From assembly GCF_009881055.1 (NCBI RefSeq), contig NZ_WXFG01000032.1:45739-109738 (forward strand): a stretch of 64,000 bases of DNA. The letters run 5' to 3'. The stretch comes from Peptoclostridium sp. Lineage in GTDB: Bacteria > Bacillota > Clostridia > Peptostreptococcales > Peptostreptococcaceae. Below the pieces are notes generated by a model. That model did not search any database and was not told the DNA's origin. It was given only the letters and a program-made list of their open reading frames with translations. Position 1 is the stretch's first letter, and every line of letters begins with the position of its first letter. Shown piece by piece: positions 9,044 to 18,544 of this stretch. The translations under genes and the position numbers were made by a program.

Positions 9044-9574
9044 ATGAAATACGATAAAATAAAAAAGCTAGACCAGCTAATTGAAGATGGAATAGGATTT
9101 GAGGAGAATGACACGCATACTCTCAAATACATAGAATGGCACAATAATTGTTTCCAGGCTGTAAGGGACTTTTATGACCAGTCGTCTGATGAATATAAGG
9201 CGCTGCGTGAGAGCCATTCGATTGAGAGCATCATCTTGAATCTGAAGATATTTTCAACAAGAGAAAAAGCAAGACTGCTTCAGGAAGGTGAAGAATGCCA
9301 TGATTGTTCCGGGCTTTCGGACGAAGACTCCATAAGCGGCGATGTGGGAATCAGAATACTGTCCAAGATAGACATGCTAAAGGAAAACAGCGAAAAAAAA
9401 GAGCAGCTCAGGAATCTTTTCAATATGGTGAGAAGAGAACTTAAAAACGAGGCCGTCAACTGGGACAGAGTCAGCGAACTTTTAAAGATGAGCTTTGACT
9501 TTGGCATGGATGTGGCGCCTGACATAGTCGAATTTGCAGACAGGTATTATGAATCCAGAAACAAGGAAGAGTAG
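9044..9574 (+). CDS. Hypothetical acidic, helix-rich protein
   Basis: 176-aa ORF with a GGGGGAG RBS 5 nt upstream of the ATG at 9044. I recognised no motif. Confidence 0.6.
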   Translation: MKYDKIKKLDQLIEDGIGFEENDTHTLKYIEWHNNCFQAVRDFYDQSSDEYKALRESHSIESIILNLKIFSTREKARLLQEGEECHDCSGLSDEDSISGDVGIRILSKIDMLKENSEKKEQLRNLFNMVRRELKNEAVNWDRVSELLKMSFDFGMDVAPDIVEFADRYYESRNKEE

Positions 9575-9585
9575 TGAGCGAATAT

Positions 9586-9624
9586 AAAAAGCAGGCCGGC
9601 AAATTGTATCCGGTCTGCTTTTTT
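9586..9624. terminator. Bidirectional intrinsic terminator between convergent genes
   Basis: A5-GCAGGCCGG...CCGGTCTGC-T6. Confidence 0.8.
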
Positions 9625-9643
9625 GGTGGAGGGGCCCAGATGT

Positions 9644-10732
9644 TTATATACCTGCCCGTTTCTTGAAGTCATCCTGTATCTGATGCAATCTTTGAGTGCC
9701 TTCGGTTCTTTTTCTCTTAGCATCTTCGTGAATTTGCCTGGTTTCTTCGATGCCCGCAACTATGGTGTTCCAGGTCTTTTCAAGCGTTCCAATGTCCAGC
9801 GCTCCTCCGGATGACATTTGGGCCAGCATTTTGGACTGTAGGGCTGTGTTTTCCGAATTTTTGACAAGAAGCTCGTTGGTCTTCTCGTCGAGAGCTGCCA
9901 TGGCCTTAGCCTGTATGAGCTGTCTTTTTAAAGTTATGGCCTGTATGAGCGACTGCTTGAATATTGGTATGGTTATTATGAACGCGGAGTTTATCTTTCT
10001 GACAAGATTGTAATTGCCCCGCTGTATTAGCCTTATTTGGGGCATTGTCTGCATGGAAACGCTCTTGGCAAGCTCAAGATCGTAAATCCTCTGCTGCAAC
10101 ATCTCTTCAATATTCCTGGCATTAGCAAGATTGAGCCGGTCTATTTGATCGTCTGTCAGAGCCGCTCTGGATTCTAGAGCAGGAATGGTCTCGGATTGAA
10201 TTTTTTGGAGCACAATTGCGCCTGCCGCTATGTATTTTTCGAGTGCTTCGTAATAACCCATATTCCTTTCGAACATAGAATCCAAAAGCGAGTTGGATTT
10301 TTTTATTTCGGACTCATATTCTTTGAGTTTCGCATATATTTTTTCCATTTCGCTGCCCATGGAGGTGTATTTGTTCAGAAGTGCGTCGACAGAGTCCTTG
10401 GTTTTCTTCATTATGCGCACGATTAGTCCGGATTTTTGCTCCTCGCTGAAGTCTGAGGCGTCGAATTTGTTCATGATTTTATTGAGCTGGAGAAGAAGCG
10501 TCTCAGGATTTTCAAGAGATGTGGTTTTAATTGTGTCAAGTATCATATCGGAAAATCTCGAGATCTCATGTGCAGTTTTGTTTCCAAAAGAGGTTATAGT
10601 GTCGGGATTGCTCATGTCAATTTCGGCGGCTATAATTGAAATTTCAGCTGAATTTCTCGCGGACTGGGTCACCATATCTGCCTGCCTTTGGGTGTCGAGT
10701 TCGTATGCATTTTCATTGATAGTGCTGTCCAT
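9644..10732 (-). CDS. telA: Toxic anion resistance protein, TelA/YaaN/YceH family
   Basis: 362-aa all-helical protein. The N-terminal region (..AEIDMSNPDTITSFGNKTAHEISRFSD..) and the length are typical of TelA. Confidence 0.75.
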   Translation of the reverse strand: MDSTINENAYELDTQRQADMVTQSARNSAEISIIAAEIDMSNPDTITSFGNKTAHEISRFSDMILDTIKTTSLENPETLLLQLNKIMNKFDASDFSEEQKSGLIVRIMKKTKDSVDALLNKYTSMGSEMEKIYAKLKEYESEIKKSNSLLDSMFERNMGYYEALEKYIAAGAIVLQKIQSETIPALESRAALTDDQIDRLNLANARNIEEMLQQRIYDLELAKSVSMQTMPQIRLIQRGNYNLVRKINSAFIITIPIFKQSLIQAITLKRQLIQAKAMAALDEKTNELLVKNSENTALQSKMLAQMSSGGALDIGTLEKTWNTIVAGIEETRQIHEDAKRKRTEGTQRLHQIQDDFKKRAGI

Positions 10733-10748
10733 TATTGTTTTCCCCCTC

Positions 10749-11711
10749 TCACTTTTTAAAAAAGGCGGCCATACGAGACAAGGCTTTTTTGCCCGATGTA
10801 TCGCACTTGCCTTTTAGTTTGGCGTAATCAATTGACGCATTGCGCTCTTCAAGACAATGGTTGTCGAAATAGGAGCCGTTTATATGGTTTTCTATGTCGA
10901 CATGTCCTGAAGGTGTGAGTATAAGTATATCAAAGCCGCAGTAGTAAAAAAACGAGATTGCGGCACAGTCTTCAAATGTAAAAGGAGCCCCTTTCCCGTT
11001 GTATATTGCTATTTTGGGGACGTCAAAGGGGTAATCGAAATTTTCAAGCAGTCCTATGAGACTCTTGTCGAGGATGAGCAGCATATGCAGAATTCTGAGG
11101 GTTGCATACTCGCTGGACGATTTCAAAAGTAAATCGGATTCAATAAGCTGCCCTAGCTTGTGGGCAATGGTCGTCTGGAGCTGCTTTTGAGGGGTCATGT
11201 TCTCGAAAAAGTGGCTTGCAGCAAGTTCTTCAATGTCTAAAGCTCCGTTTTTCGATATGAAATGCATAAGGGACGAGCCTGATGCAGGTTTCAATATCCC
11301 GTTTTTAGAATATGCGACATAATTTGCTTCCGATAAATTTTCGCCAAGCAGGGACTCGGATGAAAAAAATAGCTTCTTTGAAGAAGACAAGAAAAACTCG
11401 ACCTCTTTTTCATATTCGCATAAATCCTTGTGGACACCGCTTATCTTTACAAAAAGATTGGGTATTGCTATGGTGTCATTTCCGGCTGAGAAGCCCTCCC
11501 TGAATCTTGCCTCCTCGTTCCACAATATTTTAAGCTCTTCATAAGTTGTCTTGAGAGTCACGGGATGAGAAAGGTGGCTATCGAACTGCCAGGGCTTAAA
11601 AATATTGCAGGCAGGATCGTAGAGCACCTTGGAAATCTCTTCCTGAGCCTTATAGGCTGATGTCTCAAGTCTTGAAGACCCTGCAGGTTTATCTCCTTTG
11701 CCAAGGTCCAT
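10749..11711 (-). CDS. Hypothetical protein co-operonic with telA (possibly YceG-like)
   Basis: ATG at 11711, 7 nt after AGGAGG (the ORF track GTG at 11717 abuts the RBS). A 16-nt gap separates it from telA. The family assignment is only a guess from the B. subtilis yceG-yceH precedent. Confidence 0.55.
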   Translation of the reverse strand: MDLGKGDKPAGSSRLETSAYKAQEEISKVLYDPACNIFKPWQFDSHLSHPVTLKTTYEELKILWNEEARFREGFSAGNDTIAIPNLFVKISGVHKDLCEYEKEVEFFLSSSKKLFFSSESLLGENLSEANYVAYSKNGILKPASGSSLMHFISKNGALDIEELAASHFFENMTPQKQLQTTIAHKLGQLIESDLLLKSSSEYATLRILHMLLILDKSLIGLLENFDYPFDVPKIAIYNGKGAPFTFEDCAAISFFYYCGFDILILTPSGHVDIENHINGSYFDNHCLEERNASIDYAKLKGKCDTSGKKALSRMAAFFKK

Positions 11712-11957
11712 AACCACACCTCCTCTACTTGCGATTATTTATTGACAAAGTATTTATACCCTCGCATGGCGCTTTCATAGCATTATTGCAAGCATATTTA
11801 ATAATTGCAATGAAAATGACAAATATTTGTGGTATATTTATATTGAATATATGATTAAACATGAACGAAAAACAGCTTGCATGGCAAACTGTCTGCTTAT
11901 TTATAAAAATTCGATTTTGGAAATATTCAACATATAGTGTAAGGAAGGTGTCCTACG

Positions 11958-12914
11958 ATGAATTATGATGTAAAAGGCCTGTTGCTGCTTGAGCCTGGAA
12001 GCAGGGCTGACGGTTTTTTTCTTCTAAAATCTGTTGAGACCAAAACGGCCAGCAACGGTAAAAACTATATAGATTTTGTGCTTTCAGACAAGAGCGGAGA
12101 TGTTGTCGGGAAGCTTTGGGAAAGTACGCCCGATGACGAGAGAGGCTTTGCCTCGAATTCCATAGTCAAGGTCAGGGGCGTAGTTAACAAGTGGAAGGAT
12201 TCGGTACAGCTCAAAATAGAGAGGATACGCAACATAACAGATGAAGATGGAGTGAATGTAGAGGATTTTGTCAGGTCTGCTCCAATTGAAGGCGAGAAGA
12301 TGTACAGTATGATGCTGGACTATATTTCAAAGATAGAATCCGAAGACATCAGAAAAATAGTCACGCATATTTCAGAAAGCAAGAAAGACAGGCTGATTTA
12401 TTACCCGGCCGCAAAATCAAACCACCATGCCATAAGAGCTGGTCTGCTCTATCATGTAACCACCATGCTGTCATCCGCAGAGCTGCTGCTTGGCATATAT
12501 GATTTTTTGGATTCTGACTTACTTTACGCTGGCATAATACTTCATGACATATCGAAGCTCGATGAGATGGATGCGAACGAACTCGGGATAGTCTCGGACT
12601 ATACTGTCGAAGGCAAGCTTCTGGGGCATATAATACAGGGAATAAAAGAGCTTGAAGTTGCAGGAGCTGCTCTTGGAACAAGCAAAGAGGTCATTCTTGT
12701 GCTGCAGCACATGATACTCTCGCATCACTATGAGGCGGATTTTGGAAGCCCCAAAAAGCCGTTGATACCCGAGGCGGAAATGCTTCATCACCTGGACATG
12801 ATAGATGCAAGGATGTATGACTTTAAAAACGCCCTTGCCGATGTGAATGAAGGAGATTTTTCGCAAAGAGTGTGGAGCCTTGAAAACAGGGCTGTATACA
12901 AGCCGGTGCTTTAG
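11958..12914 (+). CDS. yhaM: 3'-5' exoribonuclease YhaM (OB-fold plus HD domain)
   Basis: N-terminal OB region (GFFLLKSVETKTASNGKNYIDFVLSDKSG) and HD-domain motifs (ILHDISK, HH). Confidence 0.85.
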   Translation: MNYDVKGLLLLEPGSRADGFFLLKSVETKTASNGKNYIDFVLSDKSGDVVGKLWESTPDDERGFASNSIVKVRGVVNKWKDSVQLKIERIRNITDEDGVNVEDFVRSAPIEGEKMYSMMLDYISKIESEDIRKIVTHISESKKDRLIYYPAAKSNHHAIRAGLLYHVTTMLSSAELLLGIYDFLDSDLLYAGIILHDISKLDEMDANELGIVSDYTVEGKLLGHIIQGIKELEVAGAALGTSKEVILVLQHMILSHHYEADFGSPKKPLIPEAEMLHHLDMIDARMYDFKNALADVNEGDFSQRVWSLENRAVYKPVL

Positions 12915-13006
12915 ATTTGAAAGTGTTTTTGCTTTATTTTTAGACTGGTGGGGTGTATAATTAAAATAAATTTTATATATAAATATTATGTTGAGGGGGA
13001 AAGGAT

Positions 13007-14389
13007 TTGAGCTTGCGAAACGAATATAAAAACGCATGGGAAATGATTAGTGGGAGCGAGAAAGAAGAGGTCATGAACTATTGCGAAGGCTACAAAAAAT
13101 TCCTGGACAAGGGCAAAACAGAAAGAGCCTGCACAAGTTTTGTGCTGCAGGAAGCGAGAAAAAATGGCTTTGTGCCCTTTGACGAGGCTGCAGGAATAAA
13201 GCCGGGCGACAAGATATATTTTGAGAATAAGGGAAAGGGCGCAGCACTTTTTGTGATAGGAAGCGAACCGCTCGAAAAGGGTATGAATATTGTGGGGGCT
13301 CACATAGACGCGCCAAGGCTGGACCTTAAGCCTATGCCGCTTTATGAGGATTCGGATGTTGCGCTTTTTAAGACGCACTACTATGGCGGCGTAAAAAAAT
13401 ATCAGTGGACTTGTTTGCCGCTTAGCCTTCACGGAGTCGTTGTAATGGCTGATGGAAGCAAGGTTGACATAGCAATAGGAGAAGACGAAAGCGACCCTGT
13501 GTTTTATATATCGGATCTTCTTATACATCTTTCAAAAGACCAGTTGTCAAAAAAAGCTTCGGAAGTAATAACGGGAGAAGGGCTCAACGTTCTTGCGGGA
13601 AGCATCCCGATAAAGGATGAAAATGACAAGAGTTCGGTTAAGCTGAACGTTCTCAGGCTGCTAAACGAAAAGTACGGAATAACAGAAGAGGATTTTGTGA
13701 GCGCGGAGATACAGGTGGTGCCTGCAGGCAGGGCAAGGGATGTGGGTTTTGACAGGTCGATGATTGCAGCATACGGGCATGACGACAGGGTATGCTCATA
13801 CGCTGCGTTGAGTGCCATAATGAAAATGGAGTCGCCAGAGAAAACGGCCGTCGCACTTTTTGTAGACAAGGAAGAGATCGGCTCAGTTGGAAACACGGGG
13901 ATGGAATCCAGATTCTTTGAAAATGCAGTCGCCGAGCTGATATGCCTGGAGGGAGACTACAGTGAAATCAAGCTTAAAAGGGCTTTTGCACGTTCGAAGG
14001 CTATATCTGCGGACGTCACAGCAGGTTTTGACCCGAATTTTCCTGAGGTGATGGACAAAATGAACAGTGCATACATCGGTAAAGGCCTTGTCATATCGAA
14101 ATATACAGGGTCAAGGGGCAAGTCAGGCTGCAACGATGCCAATGCCGAGTTTGTTGCACTCCTAAGAAGAATATTCAATGAAAATTCTGTGGTGTGGCAG
14201 ACCGGGGAGCTGGGCAAGGTAGACCAGGGCGGCGGCGGAACCATAGCATACATACTGGCGAATTACGGAGCCGAGGTTGTAGACTGCGGAGTCGCTCTGT
14301 TTGGAATGCACGCACCTTACGAGCTTGCCAGCAAAGTTGATGCATATATGGCAAGCAAGGGATACGAAGCATTTTTGAAGGAAGCATAG
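13007..14389 (+). CDS. M18-family aminopeptidase
   Basis: 460 aa with a TTG start after GAGGGGGAAAGGA. The AHIDAPRLDLKP, GHDDRVCSYA and DKEEIGS blocks are typical of M18/M42 aminopeptidases. Confidence 0.8.
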   Translation: MSLRNEYKNAWEMISGSEKEEVMNYCEGYKKFLDKGKTERACTSFVLQEARKNGFVPFDEAAGIKPGDKIYFENKGKGAALFVIGSEPLEKGMNIVGAHIDAPRLDLKPMPLYEDSDVALFKTHYYGGVKKYQWTCLPLSLHGVVVMADGSKVDIAIGEDESDPVFYISDLLIHLSKDQLSKKASEVITGEGLNVLAGSIPIKDENDKSSVKLNVLRLLNEKYGITEEDFVSAEIQVVPAGRARDVGFDRSMIAAYGHDDRVCSYAALSAIMKMESPEKTAVALFVDKEEIGSVGNTGMESRFFENAVAELICLEGDYSEIKLKRAFARSKAISADVTAGFDPNFPEVMDKMNSAYIGKGLVISKYTGSRGKSGCNDANAEFVALLRRIFNENSVVWQTGELGKVDQGGGGTIAYILANYGAEVVDCGVALFGMHAPYELASKVDAYMASKGYEAFLKEA

Positions 14390-14407
14390 AAATGGAATAA
14401 AAATGAC

Positions 14408-14468
14408 AAAGAGCCTCTGCTGCGGTTGTTTGAAGCTTCATGAAAAACAAGCTCAGCAGAGGCTCTTT
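14408..14468. terminator. Long compound hairpin between convergent genes
   Basis: AAAGAGCCTCTGCTG ... CAGCAGAGGCTCTTT arms with nested palindromes (TTGTTT/AAACAA, GAAGCTTC). Confidence 0.6.
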
Positions 14469-14531
14469 GCCGTATGCGTCAAAATTGAGCGCCCTCAGGA
14501 ATTCATCTGAAATTCCTCCAAAATTCAGCAA

Positions 14532-15431
14532 TCAAAGATTTATAGATTCGATAACATGTTCTTTGAATTTCTCTTCAAGAGGTGCAAGAGTTCTCTTCTT
14601 GGGATAAGCAAAATAGAAGTTCCTTTTTAGCTTGAGGCTCTTTATCTTGTATATTTTCAAAAGTCCGAAGGCTTCCTCGTCCTTAACAGCGGCTCTTGAG
14701 ATGATTGAAACTCCCATTCCCTTTCTTACCATCTGCTTTATGGATTCAGTATTCTCGATATGGGCAATTACGTTGAAATTATCGAGCGCAAGTTTGTTTT
14801 TCTCAAGCTCCTTCATGAACAAATCCCTTGTGCCGGAACCGGTTTCTCTCATTATAAGAGGGATGCTTTTGATGTCCTTTATATCGATAACGCCGTCGTC
14901 ATTTTTAATCTCGATATCGCAGGGTGCTATTAGTATGAGCTCGTCATCTGCTATGTTGACGTATTCGATTTGAGAGTTGCTTATCCTGGCACCTACAAAA
15001 CCGAAGTTAGCCTTCTGGTTTAGTATCTCATCTATCACATCGCTTGAATCGAAGTGCTTTAACGTGTATTTCACATGGGGGAATTCCTTGCTGAACGATT
15101 TTATTATCTCTGGCACTATGAATTCTTCAGGTATTGTGCTCGATGCGATTTCTATCAGGCCCTCTATCTTACCCTTGTATTCGCCGAGTGTAAACATTGT
15201 CTTCTTCTTTGTGTTGATCATGTCCAGGGCATAGTCGTACAGTATGTCCCCTGCCTTTGTAAGAGATATGGTTCTGTTTGATCTGTTTATTAGTATTGTG
15301 CCAAGCTCTTTTTCAAGGTTCTGGATGTGGTTGGTTATTGTTGGCTGTGTGAGGAATAGTTCTTTGGCGGCCTTTGAAAAGCTTTTGTACTTGGCTATTG
15401 AGATGAAGCTCTCAAGTTGTTTGAAATCCAT
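14532..15431 (-). CDS. LysR-family transcriptional regulator
   Basis: N-terminal wHTH MDFKQLESFISIAKYKSFSKAAKELFLTQPTITNHIQNLEKELG. ATG at 15431 preceded by AAGAGGTG; the ORF track TTG at 15464 is unlikely. Confidence 0.9.
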   Translation of the reverse strand: MDFKQLESFISIAKYKSFSKAAKELFLTQPTITNHIQNLEKELGTILINRSNRTISLTKAGDILYDYALDMINTKKKTMFTLGEYKGKIEGLIEIASSTIPEEFIVPEIIKSFSKEFPHVKYTLKHFDSSDVIDEILNQKANFGFVGARISNSQIEYVNIADDELILIAPCDIEIKNDDGVIDIKDIKSIPLIMRETGSGTRDLFMKELEKNKLALDNFNVIAHIENTESIKQMVRKGMGVSIISRAAVKDEEAFGLLKIYKIKSLKLKRNFYFAYPKKRTLAPLEEKFKEHVIESINL

Positions 15432-15500
15432 TTCGACACCTCTTTCATTTTTTTTGAGAAGCAAAATTATATTAATTCCCCGTTTTTTATATGCTCAAAC

Positions 15501-15541
15501 AAAAAAACAGAGAACCAATACACTATTATTGATACTCTGTC
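15501..15541 (-). terminator. Intrinsic terminator forming the expression platform of the glycine riboswitch
   Basis: On the minus strand, ACAGAGUAUCAAUA...UAUUGGUUCUCUGU followed by U7, about 70 nt upstream of the lysR start. Confidence 0.8.
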
Positions 15542-15567
15542 TAATTTCTTTATCCAGAGGTTGTCCA

Positions 15568-15657
15568 GGTACAATCCTTTTGCCTGAGAATTTCACATGC
15601 CCTGTGCAGATGGCTATGCTTGTCCCTTCGGCGGCCATACGGCTCTCTCCTATACCC
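15568..15657 (-). promoter_or_regulatory. Glycine riboswitch, single aptamer
   Basis: The minus strand reads GGUAUA-GGAGAG-AGCC GUAU GGC-CGCCGAAGGGACAA-(CAUAGCC..GGCAUG hairpin)-UUCUCAGGCAAAAGGA-UUGUACC. All conserved glycine-aptamer blocks are present, and P1 closes (GGUAUA/UGUACC). Confidence 0.85.
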
Positions 15658-15701
15658 TTCGTCCAATTGCTGAATTGTAAATGTTATTAACGTATAGATT
15701 C

Positions 15702-15730
15702 ATTATAAAGTTTATTATCGACTTTTTCAA
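15702..15730 (-). promoter_or_regulatory. Sigma-A type promoter driving the riboswitch-lysR transcript
   Basis: Minus strand TTGAAA-17 nt-TATAAT, about 40 nt upstream of the aptamer. Confidence 0.65.
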
Positions 15731-16086
15731 TATATTTTATAAAACATATGCATATCCGATTCTGTAATTCGGCCTAAAGCCAGTTATAATACTGATTCAG
15801 AATATCAATGAAAGCAGAGAATATATACAAAGGCGATGGCGAATGGTATTTAAAGGAAATTGCTGATGCGGGAAATATAAAATTCAATCTGACCATATAT
15901 GCGAAAAGCGATTTATAAACGCATTTAAACAAATACAATATGGAAATTGTTTCGCAGGGACGGCAGAGTCGTATTAATAGAATGTGGGGGTTTGCTGACT
16001 TGACTCATTTGCATTTAACGTGATAACATAATGTGATGTGGAAAATTAAAGAATTATATTTGAGATATAATGAAGGAGAGATATAA

Positions 16087-17409
16087 ATGTCCAATGCTTT
16101 TGTTGCAATAGTTGGAAGGCCTAATGTGGGTAAATCCACCCTGTTTAACAAACTTGCAGGCAGAAAAATAGCTATTGTAGAAGACAGCCCCGGGGTTACC
16201 AGGGACAGGAACTACACGCATGCAGAGTGGCTAAACAAGCACTTTACGCTCATAGACACGGGCGGCATTGAGGTGGGCAGCGAGGAGCTGATTCCCTCGC
16301 TTATAAAAAAGCAGGCCCAGCTGGCAATAGAGACTGCTCACGTTATAATGTTCGTGGTTGATGCCAAGGACGGCGTGACGCTCGGAGACAGGGAGATTGC
16401 CCAGATACTAAGAAAGAGCAGCAAGCCAGTGGTGTTGGTTGTAAACAAGGTGGACAACAGCAAGATGTCTGAGAGTTTCTACGACTTCTACGAGCTTGGT
16501 TTTGGAGACCCAATAGAGATATCGGCCTCAATAGGTCTTGGAATAGGCGATCTGCTTGACAAGGTGGTTGAAAACTTCCCTGAGGACCTGGATCTTGAAG
16601 AGGAGGAGGACCTCATTAAGGTGGCCATTGCGGGCAAACCTAATGCAGGCAAGTCATCCATACTCAACGCCATACTCGGAGAAGAGAGAGTTATAGTAAG
16701 TCCGATAGCGGGAACCACAAGGGATTCCATAGACACCTACTTCGAGCACGGCGGCGACAAGTTCCTGTTTATAGACACGGCAGGAATAAGAAAGAAAAAG
16801 AAAGTTGAAGATGATATTGAAAAATACAGCGTGCTAAGATCGGTAGCAGCCATAGACAGGTCGAACGTGGTACTCCTTGTAATAGACGCAACCGAAGGCG
16901 TTACGGAGCAGGACACGAAGGTTGCCGGCATAGCCCACGAAGAGGGCAGGGCATGTATAATAGTAGTAAATAAGTGGGATCTTATTGAAAAAGACACTCA
17001 TACAATGAATGCATTCACCAAGGAAATAAAAAATAAGCTCGCGTTCATGACGTATGCACCGCTTGTATTCATATCTGCAAAGACAGGACAAAGGCTTTCG
17101 AACGTGATTGAAAAGATAAAGTTCGTGGCAAACCAGCATTCGATGAGAATACCTACCGGGGTGCTGAACGAAGTCATAGGAGAGGCCATGATGCTAAAGC
17201 AGCCTCCTTCGGACAAGGGAAAGAGACTCAAGATATACTATGTGTCACAGACAGGCATAAGGCCTCCTAACTTTACTGCCTTCATAAACGACAAGGAGCT
17301 TATGCATTTTTCTTACCAGAGATATCTTGAAAACAGGATAAGAGAGAATTTTGGATTTGAAGGCACCCCTATAAGGTTCAACTACAAGGAGAAAAAAAAT
17401 AGAGACTAG
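16087..17409 (+). CDS. der: Ribosome biogenesis GTPase Der (EngA)
   Basis: Tandem G domains (GRPNVGKST and GKPNAGKSS), 440 aa. Confidence 0.95.
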   Translation: MSNAFVAIVGRPNVGKSTLFNKLAGRKIAIVEDSPGVTRDRNYTHAEWLNKHFTLIDTGGIEVGSEELIPSLIKKQAQLAIETAHVIMFVVDAKDGVTLGDREIAQILRKSSKPVVLVVNKVDNSKMSESFYDFYELGFGDPIEISASIGLGIGDLLDKVVENFPEDLDLEEEEDLIKVAIAGKPNAGKSSILNAILGEERVIVSPIAGTTRDSIDTYFEHGGDKFLFIDTAGIRKKKKVEDDIEKYSVLRSVAAIDRSNVVLLVIDATEGVTEQDTKVAGIAHEEGRACIIVVNKWDLIEKDTHTMNAFTKEIKNKLAFMTYAPLVFISAKTGQRLSNVIEKIKFVANQHSMRIPTGVLNEVIGEAMMLKQPPSDKGKRLKIYYVSQTGIRPPNFTAFINDKELMHFSYQRYLENRIRENFGFEGTPIRFNYKEKKNRD

Positions 17410-17431
17410 AATCATACGGGAGGCTGATATC

Positions 17432-18439
17432 ATGGAAAAGATATGCATATTGGGTGCAGGCAGCTGGGGAAGCGCGCTGGGAATACTCTTGGCTAAAAAG
17501 GGTTACGATGTTGACATGTGGACATTAGACAAGGAACAGTGCGAAAGCGTCAACAGGACGAGGGAAAACGTGGATTTTCTTCCTGGCGTGGTATTTCCAA
17601 ACAACATAAATCTCAGTAATGATCTTAGCCTGTCCGTGCAGGGAGCAAAAGCGGTAGTGCTGGCTGTGCCTTCGCAGGCTGTAAGAAGCGTGCTTAAATC
17701 GGCAAAGCCGTTCATAGCCAAGGAGCAGGTTATAGTTAATGTGGCAAAGGGATTTGAAAAGCAGACAAACCTGAGAATATCCCAAGTGTGCAAGCAGGAG
17801 CTCCCGGAAAATGATTTTGCAGTTCTTTCCGGGCCTTCGCATGCGGAAGAAGTCGGAAGGGATATGCCAACTACAGTAGTGGTTGCAGCTGAGGACATAA
17901 ATGTGGCTGAGCTTGTACAGGATATATTCATATCTCCAAAGTTCAGGGTTTACACAAATGAGGATCTTATAGGAGTAGAGCTGGGCGGAACGCTCAAGAA
18001 CATAATAGCATTTGGAGCGGGGATTTCCGACGGTCTCGGATATGGCGACAATACAAAGGCTGCGCTTATGACTAGGGGAATACGTGAAATAGTCAGACTG
18101 GGAGTCGCAATGGGAGCCAAAGCTACAACCTTCTCGGGGCTTTCAGGGATAGGAGACCTGATAGTCACCTGCACGAGCATGCACAGCAGGAACAGAAGGG
18201 CTGGAATACTGGTGGGACAGGGCAAGACTCTTGCCGAAGCTCTTGCCGAGGTTAAAATGGTAGTCGAGGGTGTAGTCGCAACTGAGGTGGCATATGGACT
18301 TTCAAACCAGTACGGGATTGACATGCCTATAACTAGAGAAATTTTCGGGGTCCTTTATGAAGGCAAGGATGTCAAAAAATCTGTAATTGATCTTATGCTA
18401 AGGAGCAGGACGCACGAAATGGAAGATTTGAGCATATAA
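17432..18439 (+). CDS. gpsA: NAD(P)H-dependent glycerol-3-phosphate dehydrogenase
   Basis: GAGSWGSALG Rossmann motif. Length and position after der fit gpsA. Confidence 0.95.
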   Translation: MEKICILGAGSWGSALGILLAKKGYDVDMWTLDKEQCESVNRTRENVDFLPGVVFPNNINLSNDLSLSVQGAKAVVLAVPSQAVRSVLKSAKPFIAKEQVIVNVAKGFEKQTNLRISQVCKQELPENDFAVLSGPSHAEEVGRDMPTTVVVAAEDINVAELVQDIFISPKFRVYTNEDLIGVELGGTLKNIIAFGAGISDGLGYGDNTKAALMTRGIREIVRLGVAMGAKATTFSGLSGIGDLIVTCTSMHSRNRRAGILVGQGKTLAEALAEVKMVVEGVVATEVAYGLSNQYGIDMPITREIFGVLYEGKDVKKSVIDLMLRSRTHEMEDLSI

Positions 18440-18451
18440 AAACAATAAATG

Positions 18452-18490
18452 CCGCAAATATGCCTTAAATGCATATTTGCGGTTTTTTTT
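18452..18490 (+). terminator. Intrinsic terminator after gpsA
   Basis: CCGCAAATATGC...GCATATTTGCGG followed by T8. Confidence 0.85.
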
Positions 18491-18544
18491 CGCTTATAAT
18501 AATTGAAATAAAAACTGCATTACTATATATTAAATATATGGACT

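Noticed and set aside
15244-15690. A 148-aa plus-strand ORF spanning the lysR start and the riboswitch region.
   Set aside because: It lies opposite the LysR N-terminus, the terminator and the glycine aptamer, which explain the sequence far better. It has no RBS.
15817-15924. A 35-codon ORF (MKAENIYKGDGEWYLKEIADAG...) in the 400-nt spacer upstream of der.
   Set aside because: It has no Shine-Dalgarno sequence and no recognisable motif. It could be a gene remnant, and I cannot support it from sequence alone.
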